This document shows, one piece after another, positions 27,410 through 37,215 of a stretch of 64,000 bases of DNA. Positions within the stretch are counted from its first letter, which is position 1. The number at the start of each line of letters is the position of its first letter. The translations under genes and the position numbers were made by a program. Under the pieces are notes generated by a model. The model worked only from the letters and a program-made list of their open reading frames with translations, was not told the DNA's origin and ran no database searches. Source of the stretch: an uncultured Chloroflexia bacterium (GTDB lineage Bacteria; Chloroflexota; Dehalococcoidia; DSTF01; WHTK01); assembly GCA_963711035.1 (NCBI GenBank), contig CAVQCN010000001.1, positions 816,900-880,899 on the forward strand, written 5' to 3'.

Positions 27410-27793
27410 CTAACGATCGGAACGCCCGCCCAGCCCCATCATGAGGCGGCGAGCGAAGTAGTAGCCGGCACCCAGCGCGAACGCGGCGGGCAGCGTCAGC
27501 ACTGCCTTGACGTTGCCGCTCACCCGCGGCGCCAGCAGGATGAACACACGGCTGTTCTCGACCTTCACGTAATCGCCGGCCACGATGCCGGCAGCGCTCT
27601 CGTTCATCTCCACCGTCGCCGCGTTGACCATGTTGAAGGCAGAGGCGTTGGCGTTCACGGTTTCGGCCGTCATGCGCTGCACGGCGCTCCGCTCCACGTG
27701 CGCCGTCGACGCGTTGAGACTGCGCACCGCACTGCGGCCCACGTTGACCGTGCCGGTCTCGAAACCCTCGTCGTACATGTTTTCGGACATCAT
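27410..27793 (-). CDS. Hypothetical protein: short beta-rich repeats plus a C-terminal TM helix
   Basis: 127-aa ORF with genome-typical codon bias. It has repetitive V/A/S/N-rich segments followed by LTLPAAFALGAGYYFARRL. No family recognised. Confidence 0.5.
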   Translation of the reverse strand: MMSENMYDEGFETGTVNVGRSAVRSLNASTAHVERSAVQRMTAETVNANASAFNMVNAATVEMNESAAGIVAGDYVKVENSRVFILLAPRVSGNVKAVLTLPAAFALGAGYYFARRLMMGLGGRSDR

Positions 27794-27840
27794 TGATCCT
27801 TAGAGAGCGAGTTTGACGATAACAGAGGCCATAGGAGCGG

Positions 27841-30800
27841 TCAAGGTGAAGGGGGTCCCTGCGTTTCAGGGTTCACGACACGATAGATGACCAGGCCCGG
27901 GTTCGAGTACGCCACTTCGAGAGCTCCATCGAGGCCCGTTTGGAACTTGGCGAGGCCCTGCTTCGGATAATACAGCTCCTCCACCTGCCCCACGATGACG
28001 TAGCGCACGTCGTAGCGATGCAGGAAGTCGAGCGCCTGCTGCACGTTTGAATCACTGTAGAAAGCTTCGACGTCCGTCGCCCGCTCGCCCACCAGGAACG
28101 AGAGATCGCCGCGCTGCTGCGTCTCGTGCCAGTCCCAGCCCAGCACGGTCGGCAAGCCGGTGTAGATCGAGAAGCGGCCGCCCCACCGATAAAGGGGAGT
28201 GCGCCCTTCGACGATCGTCGGCGTGCCCTGCACGTTCTGGCGCATCCATTCGATGCCCTGCTCGTCGTAGCTCAGGACGATGGGGCCGTTCTCATCCTGA
28301 TAGACCGCCGTGTTCATGTACGCCATGCCGTCCAGGGTTGGCGGCAGACCGTTGAACCGGTCGTCGACGCGCACCGGCGTCGCCATGACGGGATAGATCA
28401 GTGCCGCGCCCAGCAGCAACGCCAATGAGACAGCGCCGACGGCTGGCGCCACGATCTTCGAAATCGACGAGAAGCGCCGCGGCCGCCAGAACACGTCGAG
28501 CAGGTACCAGGCCGCGAACGAGGCAGCCAGCGCGTACACCACCCAGATGTGCATGTAGAACTTGAACACCGTGTTCATGCGCTGGATGTCGTCATTGAGC
28601 GTGACCAGGTCGACGCCAATGCTGAGGCACAGTCCGAGGCCGATCAGCGTGTAAACGAAGAGACGCAGGCCGCCATCGGGCCGCTGCAGACGGAGCTCGC
28701 GAGCTGCCAGGTACGCAAGCAGCGCCAGCACCGGCAGCAGCACCGCGATGAGCTGATAGCCCTGCAGCCAGAGCCCGATCACGAAGATGAGCAATGCCCC
28801 GCCGATACCCACCAGGAAGCTCAGCCACAGCTGTCCCCGGACGATACCCCGCGGCAACGTCCGACCGCGCGGCGCGCTGCGGAACAACGCAGAGAAGCGG
28901 CGCAGCGGCGAGATACGCAGCGCCCGAGCGAGCAGGTACAGCAGCCAAACGCCGATGATCGAGACGAAGATGCCGAAATGCGCGAGGTACTGAAGCGGCG
29001 GCGTCACCTCCGGCGAGGCGTGCACGCCGCTCACGGGCGTCATGTAGTGCTGGCTGAACGGCAGGAACAGCAGGTACGACAGCAACCCCATCGCGACGCC
29101 CTTGAGCACGACACGCAGCACGGTCGGAATCGCACCGCCTTCGACATAACGCTCGCCGATGATGATGCTGGCAGCGCCGAGCAGCAGGAACGTTGGGTAG
29201 TCCCAGGAGTTGATCCAGCGCAACGCCCCGATGATCAGGCCCAGCAAGGCCACGAGCCCCCACTCCCGCAACGAGCCTCGTTCGCCGCGCGGCGCCAGGG
29301 CCAGCGCCGCGCAGACGCCGACGGTCAGCACCTCGAACGGGATCGCCATCATGTGCGCGTGCAGGTCGGCGAACAGGAAGCTGAAGTTGGGGAACTCGGT
29401 GATGCTGATCGTTGGCGGCATCATGCGGCTGGGCCGCCAGAAGTCGAACGGGCGCAGCGACGCGCCGTGCACGATGACCGCCCATAGTCCGCCGAGCGCG
29501 TTGACGAAGCTATCGAGCGGCGAAAAGCCAGTCGCCAGGTGGTAAGAGCTCACGTCGGACAGGTTCTGCGCCATCTGGCCGACACCGTCGAGATTGCCCG
29601 CGAACACGACGAAGAAGACGCCGAAGATGCCGGCCACGTACAGGCTCCAGCGCGGCATGCGGCGGAAGCCGGGCCCGCGACGCATCAGACGCCGCGTCAC
29701 CGCCGCGAGGTTATAGGCGACGGAAAACGCGGCCGCGCCGGTAAGCGCCGCGAAGGTAGGCACCGCCAGGTTGTAGGCGATCTCGGGCGGGATCGTCGTC
29801 AGCTTCGTGATCGTCGCCGCGAGGAACTGGCCGAAGTAGTAGTAGTTGATATAGCCACCGGCGAACCAAGGGTCGTAGGGCGGCAGGGTTGTGCTGCGCG
29901 TGACGGCTGTGAAGAAGGCGAGGTCCATCGGCTTCTCGCCGCCGCGATAGGGGTGCCACAAGTCCGGGTTGAGCAGGCGGATCTCGCGGAAGATGAGGAA
30001 TACGGCCAGGAAGACCAGCTCCGATATCAGCACCAGCTTCCAGTTGTCGCACACGAATCCCACGAGATCGTGACGCCGCCACATCACGACGGCCAGTGCG
30101 ATAACCAGCATCGCGACCAGCCAGGCGAGGATCGTCGTCTGTTCGAAGTGCACGAGCTTGAGGCTGACGATCAGCCAGACCGGATACGCCAGCAGCAGCA
30201 CGCCCAGCGGTTTCGAGAGCAGGTAACCCCTGTCGGGCAGGCGCTTGAACAGCAGCAGCACCAGAGGAAGCACGGCGAAACCGGCCGCCTCGAGCGCCAG
30301 CAGCCAAACCAGCGTCGGGTAAGTCCGTGCGATGCCGCTGCTGCTGAACACGTCGGTCCAGGTGCCGCCCTGCTGCTGCGTCTGCAGATCTGCCGCCGAG
30401 AGCATGAGGCCGTTGCGGGACGCCTGCGCCGGGCTGAGACCGAAGTCGGAGAACGGCCCCTGGCCCAGGAGCTGGTTCAGCCCCTCGCGGGAGAAGCTGG
30501 CGTTCTTCTTGAATATCCAGACGTGGGGATGGTCGTACGAGCTCCATGACTCTTCGCGCTGGCTATCGGGAAAATCGATGCCGAGCAGGCTGGGCGGCGA
30601 CTCGAAGGTCTTCACCAGGTCGAAGCCGAGCTGGCCGCTGAACAGCAGGTCGTAGTAGCGGTTCATGACCGGGAAGTTGATCTGGTTGCGCGGGATCGAG
30701 TTGAGGGCGCGGTTGCTGCTGATCACGACGTAGTCGGACTGCACGAGATGGTCGATGAACGTGTCGACCTTCTCCTGCGTGTCGCGGTCGTAGACGGCGA

Positions 30801-32303
30801 GCTCGACGAAGTTGTAGCTCTTGTCGGGTGAATCCGGCAGGCGGATCGGCAGCGAGTCGTCCCAGTGCTCGACACCGATCGACGCGTTGTTGGGCAGGTT
30901 CGCGTACAGCCACTGCGACGCAGCCAGGCGCGTGATCGGGATGACGGTAGATGCTGAGGTAGGCGATACCGGGCAGCACCGCCGCCAGCACCAGCACTGC
31001 GGCCACCACTCGGCCGGAGGCCGGCACGAAGCGCCAGCTGCGTCGCTCGGCAAGCGCTGCCAGACGCCGCCAGACGTCGACCACCATGAAGCCGGCGAGC
31101 ACCGCCAGCACCGGGTACAGCGGCAGGAAGTAGCGCATGTACAGCGAGAACTGGCGCCCCATGAAGCCGAAGTACGCCGCCACGAACGCCAGCAAGATGA
31201 GGTGGCGTTTGTCCTTCTCGCGGTACGCGAGGAAGCCGGCATAGACGACGGCCAGCCAGCCGAGGGCACCGAACACGGGCCCCATGCCGGCGTCGATCAT
31301 CTGCTCGAGGGGGTAGAGATAGCTCGTGCGGCCGATCCACTGGATCGAGGGCGGGAAGGCGGCATTGCCGCTGAGCAGGTTCGCCTGATCGCTCTGGTCC
31401 TTCACCCAGCGATGGCTGAGCGTGACGAGCGAGCCGGGATCGCCGAGGTGCGGCGCCACGAAGGCGTAGGGCTGGGCTATACGGAAGGCGAGGAACCCGA
31501 TCAGCAGCGCCAGCGCAACGCCGAGCGCAGGCATCGACCAGGAAATCGAGGCTCTTGCTGCGGTCCGCCAGCCAGGCCCGCAGCTGCGGCCACACGTAGA
31601 TCAGCGCCGCCAGCACGATCAGCGGCGCAATGACCAGCGCTGTCAGCTTGCTGGCGAGGCCGAGGCCGAGCAGCAGGCCGGCGAGCAGGTAATCGCGTCT
31701 CCGTCCGTCCTGTGCGATGCGCACGCAGAAGTAGAGCGCGGCCGTCGTGAAGAACGTGAGGAACGGATCGGCGACCCAGAAGTGCGCATGCTGGATCGCA
31801 AGCGGCGCAAACGCGTAGAGGAGCGCCGCGATCAGGCCCGGCAGCCAGCCGAACAGACGCTTCGCCATGAGGAAGACGAACAGCACGGTCGCGGCATCGA
31901 ACAGCGCCGAAAAATAGCGCCCGACCAACACCATCTGGTCGTAGTTGTCCTTGTGCAGCAACACCGCGGCCGTCTTGACAATGAAGAGCGGCAGCGTGCC
32001 GTAGACGAACGACGGGACGTCGCGGTTGTAGGGGTTGAGCGTCGACGTATCCGTGTCGAAGTACTCGCCGACGCTGGAGGGCAGCTTGATTGCCACGCCC
32101 GTCAGCGTCATGTGGCGCTCGTCCGGGTGCAGGTGGGTGTTGCTGTCCCAGTTGACGTCGTAGGTGCGCACGCCAACCGCGGCGGCCAGGACCAGCAGCA
32201 GCGCGACGTAAGGAACCAGCGCTCGCAAAAGAGAGAAGGCCCGCGACGCAGCCGCGGGCTGGACGGGGCGCTCGCCGGGCGAGTCGATGAGCAGATCCGC
32301 CAT
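27841..32303 (-). pseudogene. Giant GT-C membrane protein: N-terminal GT39/PMT-like glycosyltransferase fused to DUF2298 (chlor_Arch_YYY), split over three frames as sequenced
   Basis: Three track ORFs carry consecutive meaningful segments: 30723..32303 up to ...ADRSKSLD, 30563..31534 up to ...GIAYLSIY, and 27841..31269 from VIPITRLAASQW onward, including GGYINYYYFGQF. The frame switches are near 31543-31545 and 30946-30947. 4463 nt minus 2 equals 1487 codons. Confidence 0.85.
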
Positions 32304-32425
32304 TACCCCTACAGCTTACTTGCTAGCCATTGCATGGCGGCAAACCGCGAGAGAGTCATTCAAGAACGGCCTGTGCCGGGAAACCGCCTGGGGAGCCGTT
32401 GGCCAATCCGACAGACCAAACCATC

Positions 32426-34035
32426 TCAGCGCTCACCCTCGATTTCGATGAAGAGGAAGGAGGGCGAGCCGTCCGGGATAGGTCAGCTGGCCCAGGACGC
32501 GGTAGTCGTACTTCTCGGCATCGATGTCCTCGGGCCGCAGAGCAAAGAGCTGACGCAGATCCGGGTCGTAGTAGTCCTCGGAGCCGATGAAGCACTTGCG
32601 GCAGGCGTCATGCGCGTAGAAGGGGAAAAAGATGTGCGGCGCATTGAAGGTCCCGTCCATGATCAGCTGATCGTAGTCATCCTGCACGGCGAGGAAGTGG
32701 GCGATGATCTGCTGCGGACCGTCCTGCCAGCCCCAGTAGCCGGCTGAGAGGCGCGGGTAGTCGGAGAAGTAGTGGTCGGCGTAGGCGCGGTAGCTCACTC
32801 CGCCCGCCGCCAGCAGGCCCGCGACGGCGGCAGCGGTGATCGCGAGACGCCATCGGGGCAACAACGACGACGAGCATCTCGATCGAGAACCAGATGCCGT
32901 AGCCGGTGAGCAGCGCGAAGGTGATCGAGCCCAGGATCGTGCGGCTGCTGATGGGACTGCTATCGGAAACGGCGCCGCTCAGCGGGAAGACGAGCAGCAT
33001 CGCAAGCACGAAAAGGTTCCGCCGGTTGAAGCGCCACAACAGCCCCACGACGCCGATCAGGATGAACGGCAGCTGCGCGACGTAAAGCTCGCCCTGCCCC
33101 GGGAGATAGTGACGCGTGATCGGCCCGTTGTCGCCATGCGTGAAGAGGAACGACGTGCTGAAGTACGACTTGTAGAAGTGCCAGAAGAGGCTCGTCAGGC
33201 TCTGGTGACGCTCGATGTTGAAGATCCAGGCCTGCGAGGCGCGATCACCGCTACCGAACAGCAGGTGGCCTCCCAGCGGCAGCAGCACGGCTCCGAACGC
33301 CAGCAGCCCATACGCTGCCAGGCGCCGCTGCCGCCACAGTTCTTCCCGGTACGAAACCGCGAGCAAGAGGAGCAACGGCGGGAGCGCCACCCACGAGGCG
33401 CGATAGGTGTAGAACGTCAGGCCGTAGGCAATCGCGGCGGGCATGATGAACCGCGAATCTCGCATGGCCCGGAAGTAGAGATACGTCGCTGTCGTGAAGA
33501 ACAGCGGCCAGGTGACGATATCGCCGAGGCCGGTGCGGCTGTAGTGCACGTGCCAGGGCAGGATCGCGAGGCAGGCTGCCGCAGCCAACGCCGGCAGCTC
33601 GTGGCGGAACAGCTCCTTCGCCATGAGGTAGAGCGTCACGATCGTGAGGCTGCCCAGCACGGCGGACGTGAACCGCACCGCCTCCTCGCTGCGGCCGAAG
33701 ACGGCCATGAACGGCACCTCGGCGTAGATGAAGGCCGGCAGCTTGTACTCGCCGAATGCCTTGAAGAGCACCGGCATGAAGGCACCATACTCGTCGCGGC
33801 CGGTGTGCAAAATCAGGTCCGCGTTGAGCCCGAACGAGGCCTCATCGGCGAAGAAGCCGCGCGGGTTGCTTACGACGTCGATGAGGCGGGCGGCCGCGCC
33901 GATGAGGACGATGGCAACGAGCACCAACACCGGCCAGTGCTCGGCCACGAGAGCACGCAGATTCGCGGCGTCGAGCGGACGCCGCCAGGAAAGCGCCTCG
34001 GAACCCTCGTTAAGCACGGCCCCAGTATCGGTCAA
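32426..34035 (-). pseudogene. GT39/ArnT-like membrane glycosyltransferase, two frame disruptions as sequenced
   Basis: ORF 32677..34035 is meaningful up to ...GIWFSIEMLVVV. It continues in ORF 32433..32864 (RWRLAITAAAVAGLL...YWGWQDGPQQII...). The tail reads better in a third frame (YPDGSPSFLFIEIEGER*, stop 32426-32428). The switches are at GGGG 32855-32858 and near 32473-32474. 1610 nt minus 2 equals 536 codons. Confidence 0.8.
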
Positions 34036-34049
34036 CGTCGGGTGAAACA

Positions 34050-34083
34050 GGAGACCTCCCCGTCCATGAACAGGGAGGTCTCC
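34050..34083 (-). terminator. Hairpin between gap and the downstream glycosyltransferase gene (possible partial terminator)
   Basis: 11-bp stem GGAGACCTCCC/GGGAGGTCTCC. The minus strand continues TGTTTCACC, a weak U-tract, and the hairpin sits only 15 nt before the next start. Confidence 0.35.
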
Positions 34084-34131
34084 GAGAAGCGAACTGAGGC
34101 AGGACGCGCCCGCCGGTGCTGTCGGGCGGTT

Positions 34132-35145
34132 TTACCAGCCCTTACCCGCGACCATCGCGGTCAGGTCGGCGAGGCGGCAGGCGTAACCCCACTCGTTGTC
34201 GTACCACGAGACGACCTTCACGAGGTCGCCGTCAACGACGTTGGTCGAGAGGCCGTCGATGATCGAGGAGTGCACGTTGCCCTTCATGTCCATCGAGACG
34301 ACCGGCTCCTCGGTAACGTCCATAATCCCCTTCATGCGTTCACTGGACCAGTGACGGAGGGCGGCGTTGACCTCGTCCTTGTTCGTCTTGTTCTTGACCA
34401 GTCCCACGACCTCGACCACCGAGACGGTCGGCGTCGGCACTCGATAGGCCATGCCGTCGAGGATGCCATCCACCTCTGGAATGACGAGACGTAAAGCGCG
34501 GGCGGCGCCGGTGGTCATCGGCACGATGTTCATGGCGCCGCTGCGGGCCTCGCGCAGGTTGTCCGGACCGGCCTTGTCGAGGATCTGCTGCGAGTTGGTG
34601 TAGGAATGCACCGTGGTCATCTGGCCCTTGAGCAGGCCGAACTCCTCCACCAGCACCTTCACCGGCGGCGCCAGGCCGTTGGTCGTGCAGGACGCGTTGG
34701 AGATGACGTTGTGCTTCGCCGGGTCGTACTTCTCGTCGTTGACGCCGAGGACGATAGTCACGTCCTCGTTGCGCGCCGGCGCACTGATGATCACCTTCTT
34801 GACGCTGTCGTGGCGGTGCGCCGCGGCCTTGGTCGCGTCCGTGAAGAAGCCGGTCGACTCGATGACGATGTCGACCTCCGCATCGCCCCAGGGGATCTGG
34901 GCCGGGTCGCGCTCGGCGAAGACACGAACCGTCTCGCCGTCGATGACCAGGTTGCCCTCCGAGGCGCTCACTTCGCCATCGAAACGGCCGTAATTGCTGT
35001 CGTACTTGAGGAGATGGGCGTTGGTTGCCACGTCGACCAGGTCGTTGATGGCAACCACCTCGAGGTCGTTGGGGTGCCGCTCGCGGATGGTCCTGAAGAC
35101 CTGGCGTCCGATGCGTCCGAAGCCGTTGATGCCAACGCGGGCCAT
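34132..35145 (-). CDS. gap: Type I glyceraldehyde-3-phosphate dehydrogenase
   Basis: MARVGINGFGRIGR..., SNASCTTN, WYDNEWGY, 337 aa. Confidence 0.97.
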   Translation of the reverse strand: MARVGINGFGRIGRQVFRTIRERHPNDLEVVAINDLVDVATNAHLLKYDSNYGRFDGEVSASEGNLVIDGETVRVFAERDPAQIPWGDAEVDIVIESTGFFTDATKAAAHRHDSVKKVIISAPARNEDVTIVLGVNDEKYDPAKHNVISNASCTTNGLAPPVKVLVEEFGLLKGQMTTVHSYTNSQQILDKAGPDNLREARSGAMNIVPMTTGAARALRLVIPEVDGILDGMAYRVPTPTVSVVEVVGLVKNKTNKDEVNAALRHWSSERMKGIMDVTEEPVVSMDMKGNVHSSIIDGLSTNVVDGDLVKVVSWYDNEWGYACRLADLTAMVAGKGW

Positions 35146-35315
35146 GGGAACTGCTCCTTTCGAGTCGCGCTGAGACGTTTCCCAATTGTAGGAACGTAAT
35201 CAGGACAGCGCCATACTTCGTTTGCTATCAGAAGGAAAACTCTTCGATCAATGAGAAGAATCGGCTCGAAGACCGGTGGAATCGAGTTTCAGACGAAACC
35301 CGGATTCGAAAACAA

Positions 35316-35345
35316 TTGAAAGGCCTCTCTCCCGCTTGCTATCAT
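35316..35345 (+). promoter_or_regulatory. Candidate sigma70-type promoter for the HNH gene (TTGAAA-18-TATCAT)
   Basis: TTGAAA at 35316-35321 and TATCAT at 35340-35345, followed by the GAGGAAG Shine-Dalgarno 8 nt before ATG 35370. Confidence 0.35.
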
Positions 35346-35369
35346 CGTGGACAAGAGGAAGTAACCGTG

Positions 35370-35918
35370 ATGAATAGTTCAGCGGTTCTCGTTCTCAACC
35401 AGAACTACGAACCGCTCAACGTCTGCAACGCGAGACGCGCCTTCGTGCTTGTCGATCGGGGAAAGGCAGAGATCCTCGAGCATGCGGAGGGCGCTCTACG
35501 CAGCGCCCTCCAGGCCTTCCCCCGCCCCTCCGTCATCCGCCTCATCTACATGATCAAACGCCCCCGGCCGCAGATGCGCCTCACCCGCCGGGAAATCTTC
35601 GTCCGAGACCGTTACACCTGCCAGTACTGCGGCAAGCAAACCCGCGACCTCACCATCGACCACGTCATGCCGCGGCACCGCGGCGGCCGCCACACGTGGG
35701 AGAATCTCGTCTCCGCCTGCCGTAGCTGCAACCACCGCAAGGCCGGCTTCACGCCGCAAGAAGCCAGGATGGCGATGCTCAGCGAGCCCAAGCGCCCGCC
35801 GTCCTCGTCCTACTACGTCTTCTACCACTACCTCGAATCGCAGGCCGACTGGCGGAAGTTCATCCCCGGCTGGGAGGTGGACGAAGTTGTCGTCGCGGCG
35901 GGCGGTGGTGGCGGGTAG
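35370..35918 (+). CDS. HNH endonuclease (McrA-like, stand-alone)
   Basis: MNSSAVLVLNQNYEPLNVC..., CQYCG...DHVMPRHRGGRHTWENLVSACRSCNHRK. Start trimmed to ATG 35370. Confidence 0.85.
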   Translation: MNSSAVLVLNQNYEPLNVCNARRAFVLVDRGKAEILEHAEGALRSALQAFPRPSVIRLIYMIKRPRPQMRLTRREIFVRDRYTCQYCGKQTRDLTIDHVMPRHRGGRHTWENLVSACRSCNHRKAGFTPQEARMAMLSEPKRPPSSSYYVFYHYLESQADWRKFIPGWEVDEVVVAAGGGGG

Positions 35919-35945
35919 GCGGGACGAGCGCAAGTCGAAATCACT

Positions 35946-36123
35946 CGTAGCCCCGGCTTTCAAGCCGGGGTGTTCGTTTGTGCGGCGGAGCATCGTGACC
36001 CCTCACCTCAATCCTCTCCCTGAGGGAGAGGAGGCATACGCCGACGCGTCATCACTCCCTCAACTGCCAACGGACGAGCCGCCGTCCCCTCTCCCTTGGG
36101 GAGAGGGCCAGGGTGAGGGGTGA
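35946..36123 (+). repeat. Cluster of palindromic repeats: TTCA-loop hairpin plus family B composite repeat (copy 2)
   Basis: CCCCGGCT-TTCA-AGCCGGGG (35950-35969); CCCCTCACCTCAATCCTCTCCCTGAGGGAGAGGA (35998-36031); CCCCTCTCCCTTGGGGAGAGGG...GGTGAGGGGTGAG (36085-36123). Together they fill most of the convergent intergenic gap. Confidence 0.8.
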
Positions 36124-36130
36124 GCCAGCC

Positions 36131-37003
36131 CTACAGCAAGATCTTCTTCGGCGACGCGCTGGATGTGCGGCGGAAGTTGTGGATCAGGTAGCGGCGGTCA
36201 TTGCCGTGCTGCACCTCTTCCAGGCGGCAGCGGTCGTCGCTTACCAGCGCGGCGTCGATGCGACGCTGCAGGTCGTCGTACTGGGTGCGGCGCTCGTCGG
36301 ACACCGGGAAGATGTCGTCCGCGTCGACGATGACCTTGATCTGCCGCGCCGCCAAGGCCAGCAGCCAGCCGCTGAGCAGCTCCGCCCAGCCGACGTGGAA
36401 CGCCGCGTCGGCGAAGGCGATGGCGAGACGCTGGTTGTTGGACTCGGGCGCTACCTGTAGCAGGGTCGCGCCGAAGTTCGGGCGGCAGAGGTCACAGACC
36501 GGCCGGTAGATGGCGCCGAGCACCTCATCGCGCGCCACGACGCCGCCGGCGAAGTAGGGGCCGAGCTCGAAGTCGAACGCCTTGAAGCTCTCGTCGGGAT
36601 GTAGCGCGCCGAGCAGCCACTGCTGGTGCTCGTCCATCTCGCCGCCGCGCAGCCCCTCCTGCGCCGCCACGATCTCGGTGCTCGCGCGAACGATGGGGAT
36701 GGTCGAGACATAGGCCCCGCGCGTGACGAGCAGCATCGCGTCTTGCAGATAGAGGTAGGCGCGCGACCACAGGGCTCCAATGGCGGCCAACGGCTGCGTG
36801 CGGTACTTCGAGGGCTGCGCGTCATGGAAGAAGCCGAGCTGCAGATTCATCGCCTCGGCAAACAGCTCGAGGTCAGGGCCGAGGAGGAACTGCGCCTGGC
36901 GATAGGCGTCCTGCCCGCGCGACGACGCATCCGGCCGCCCGGGCAGCGCGTACGCATCCGGCGCCGGAATCGAGGAGACGCGCTGCGTCGGCTGATCAGT
37001 CAT
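36131..37003 (-). CDS. Hypothetical alpha-helical protein (about 290 aa), translationally coupled to hicA
   Basis: Long ORF with genome-typical codon bias. ATG 37003 overlaps the hicA stop (ATGA); the track start is 37021. No family recognised. Confidence 0.6.
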   Translation of the reverse strand: MTDQPTQRVSSIPAPDAYALPGRPDASSRGQDAYRQAQFLLGPDLELFAEAMNLQLGFFHDAQPSKYRTQPLAAIGALWSRAYLYLQDAMLLVTRGAYVSTIPIVRASTEIVAAQEGLRGGEMDEHQQWLLGALHPDESFKAFDFELGPYFAGGVVARDEVLGAIYRPVCDLCRPNFGATLLQVAPESNNQRLAIAFADAAFHVGWAELLSGWLLALAARQIKVIVDADDIFPVSDERRTQYDDLQRRIDAALVSDDRCRLEEVQHGNDRRYLIHNFRRTSSASPKKILL

Positions 37004-37215
37004 CGCTGCGCGCTGTCCCACTCCTCGGGTGTGACTCCGGCGTCTTGTAGCAACCGCGCTACGAAGGCGCCAGAAAGGTCTCCCCTATGCGGATTCGGAA
37101 TCGGGAAACGCTTCGTGCCTCGGATCATGAATTCATGACGACGGCCAGGAAAAGGCCCCGTGAAGCCAAGACGCCTAAGACGCCTCACGAACTCGCGGCG
37201 TGATACTGGATCCAT
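37000..37215 (-). CDS. hicA: HicA family toxin (mRNA interferase)
   Basis: 71 aa. VSRREFVRRLRRLGFTG...GRRHEFMIRGTKRFPIPNPHRGDLSGAFVARLLQDAGV matches the HicA/YcfA pattern (G-x-x-H ... P-x-P-x-H ... L). Confidence 0.8.
   Translation of the reverse strand: MDPVSRREFVRRLRRLGFTGPFPGRRHEFMIRGTKRFPIPNPHRGDLSGAFVARLLQDAGVTPEEWDSAQR

Noticed and set aside
35887-36123. Track ORFs 35887..36123, 16337..16525 and 1219..1455 as small proteins.
   Set aside because: They are read-through of palindromic repeat families A and B (PLPxGEG and LSAAK strings), with no start-site signals.
36131-37003. HEPN-type Rx4-6H motifs in the hicA-coupled unknown protein (RGGEMDEH, RRYLIH).
   Set aside because: In an Arg-rich protein of this length, such spacing is expected a couple of times by chance. 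No other HEPN hallmark was recognised.
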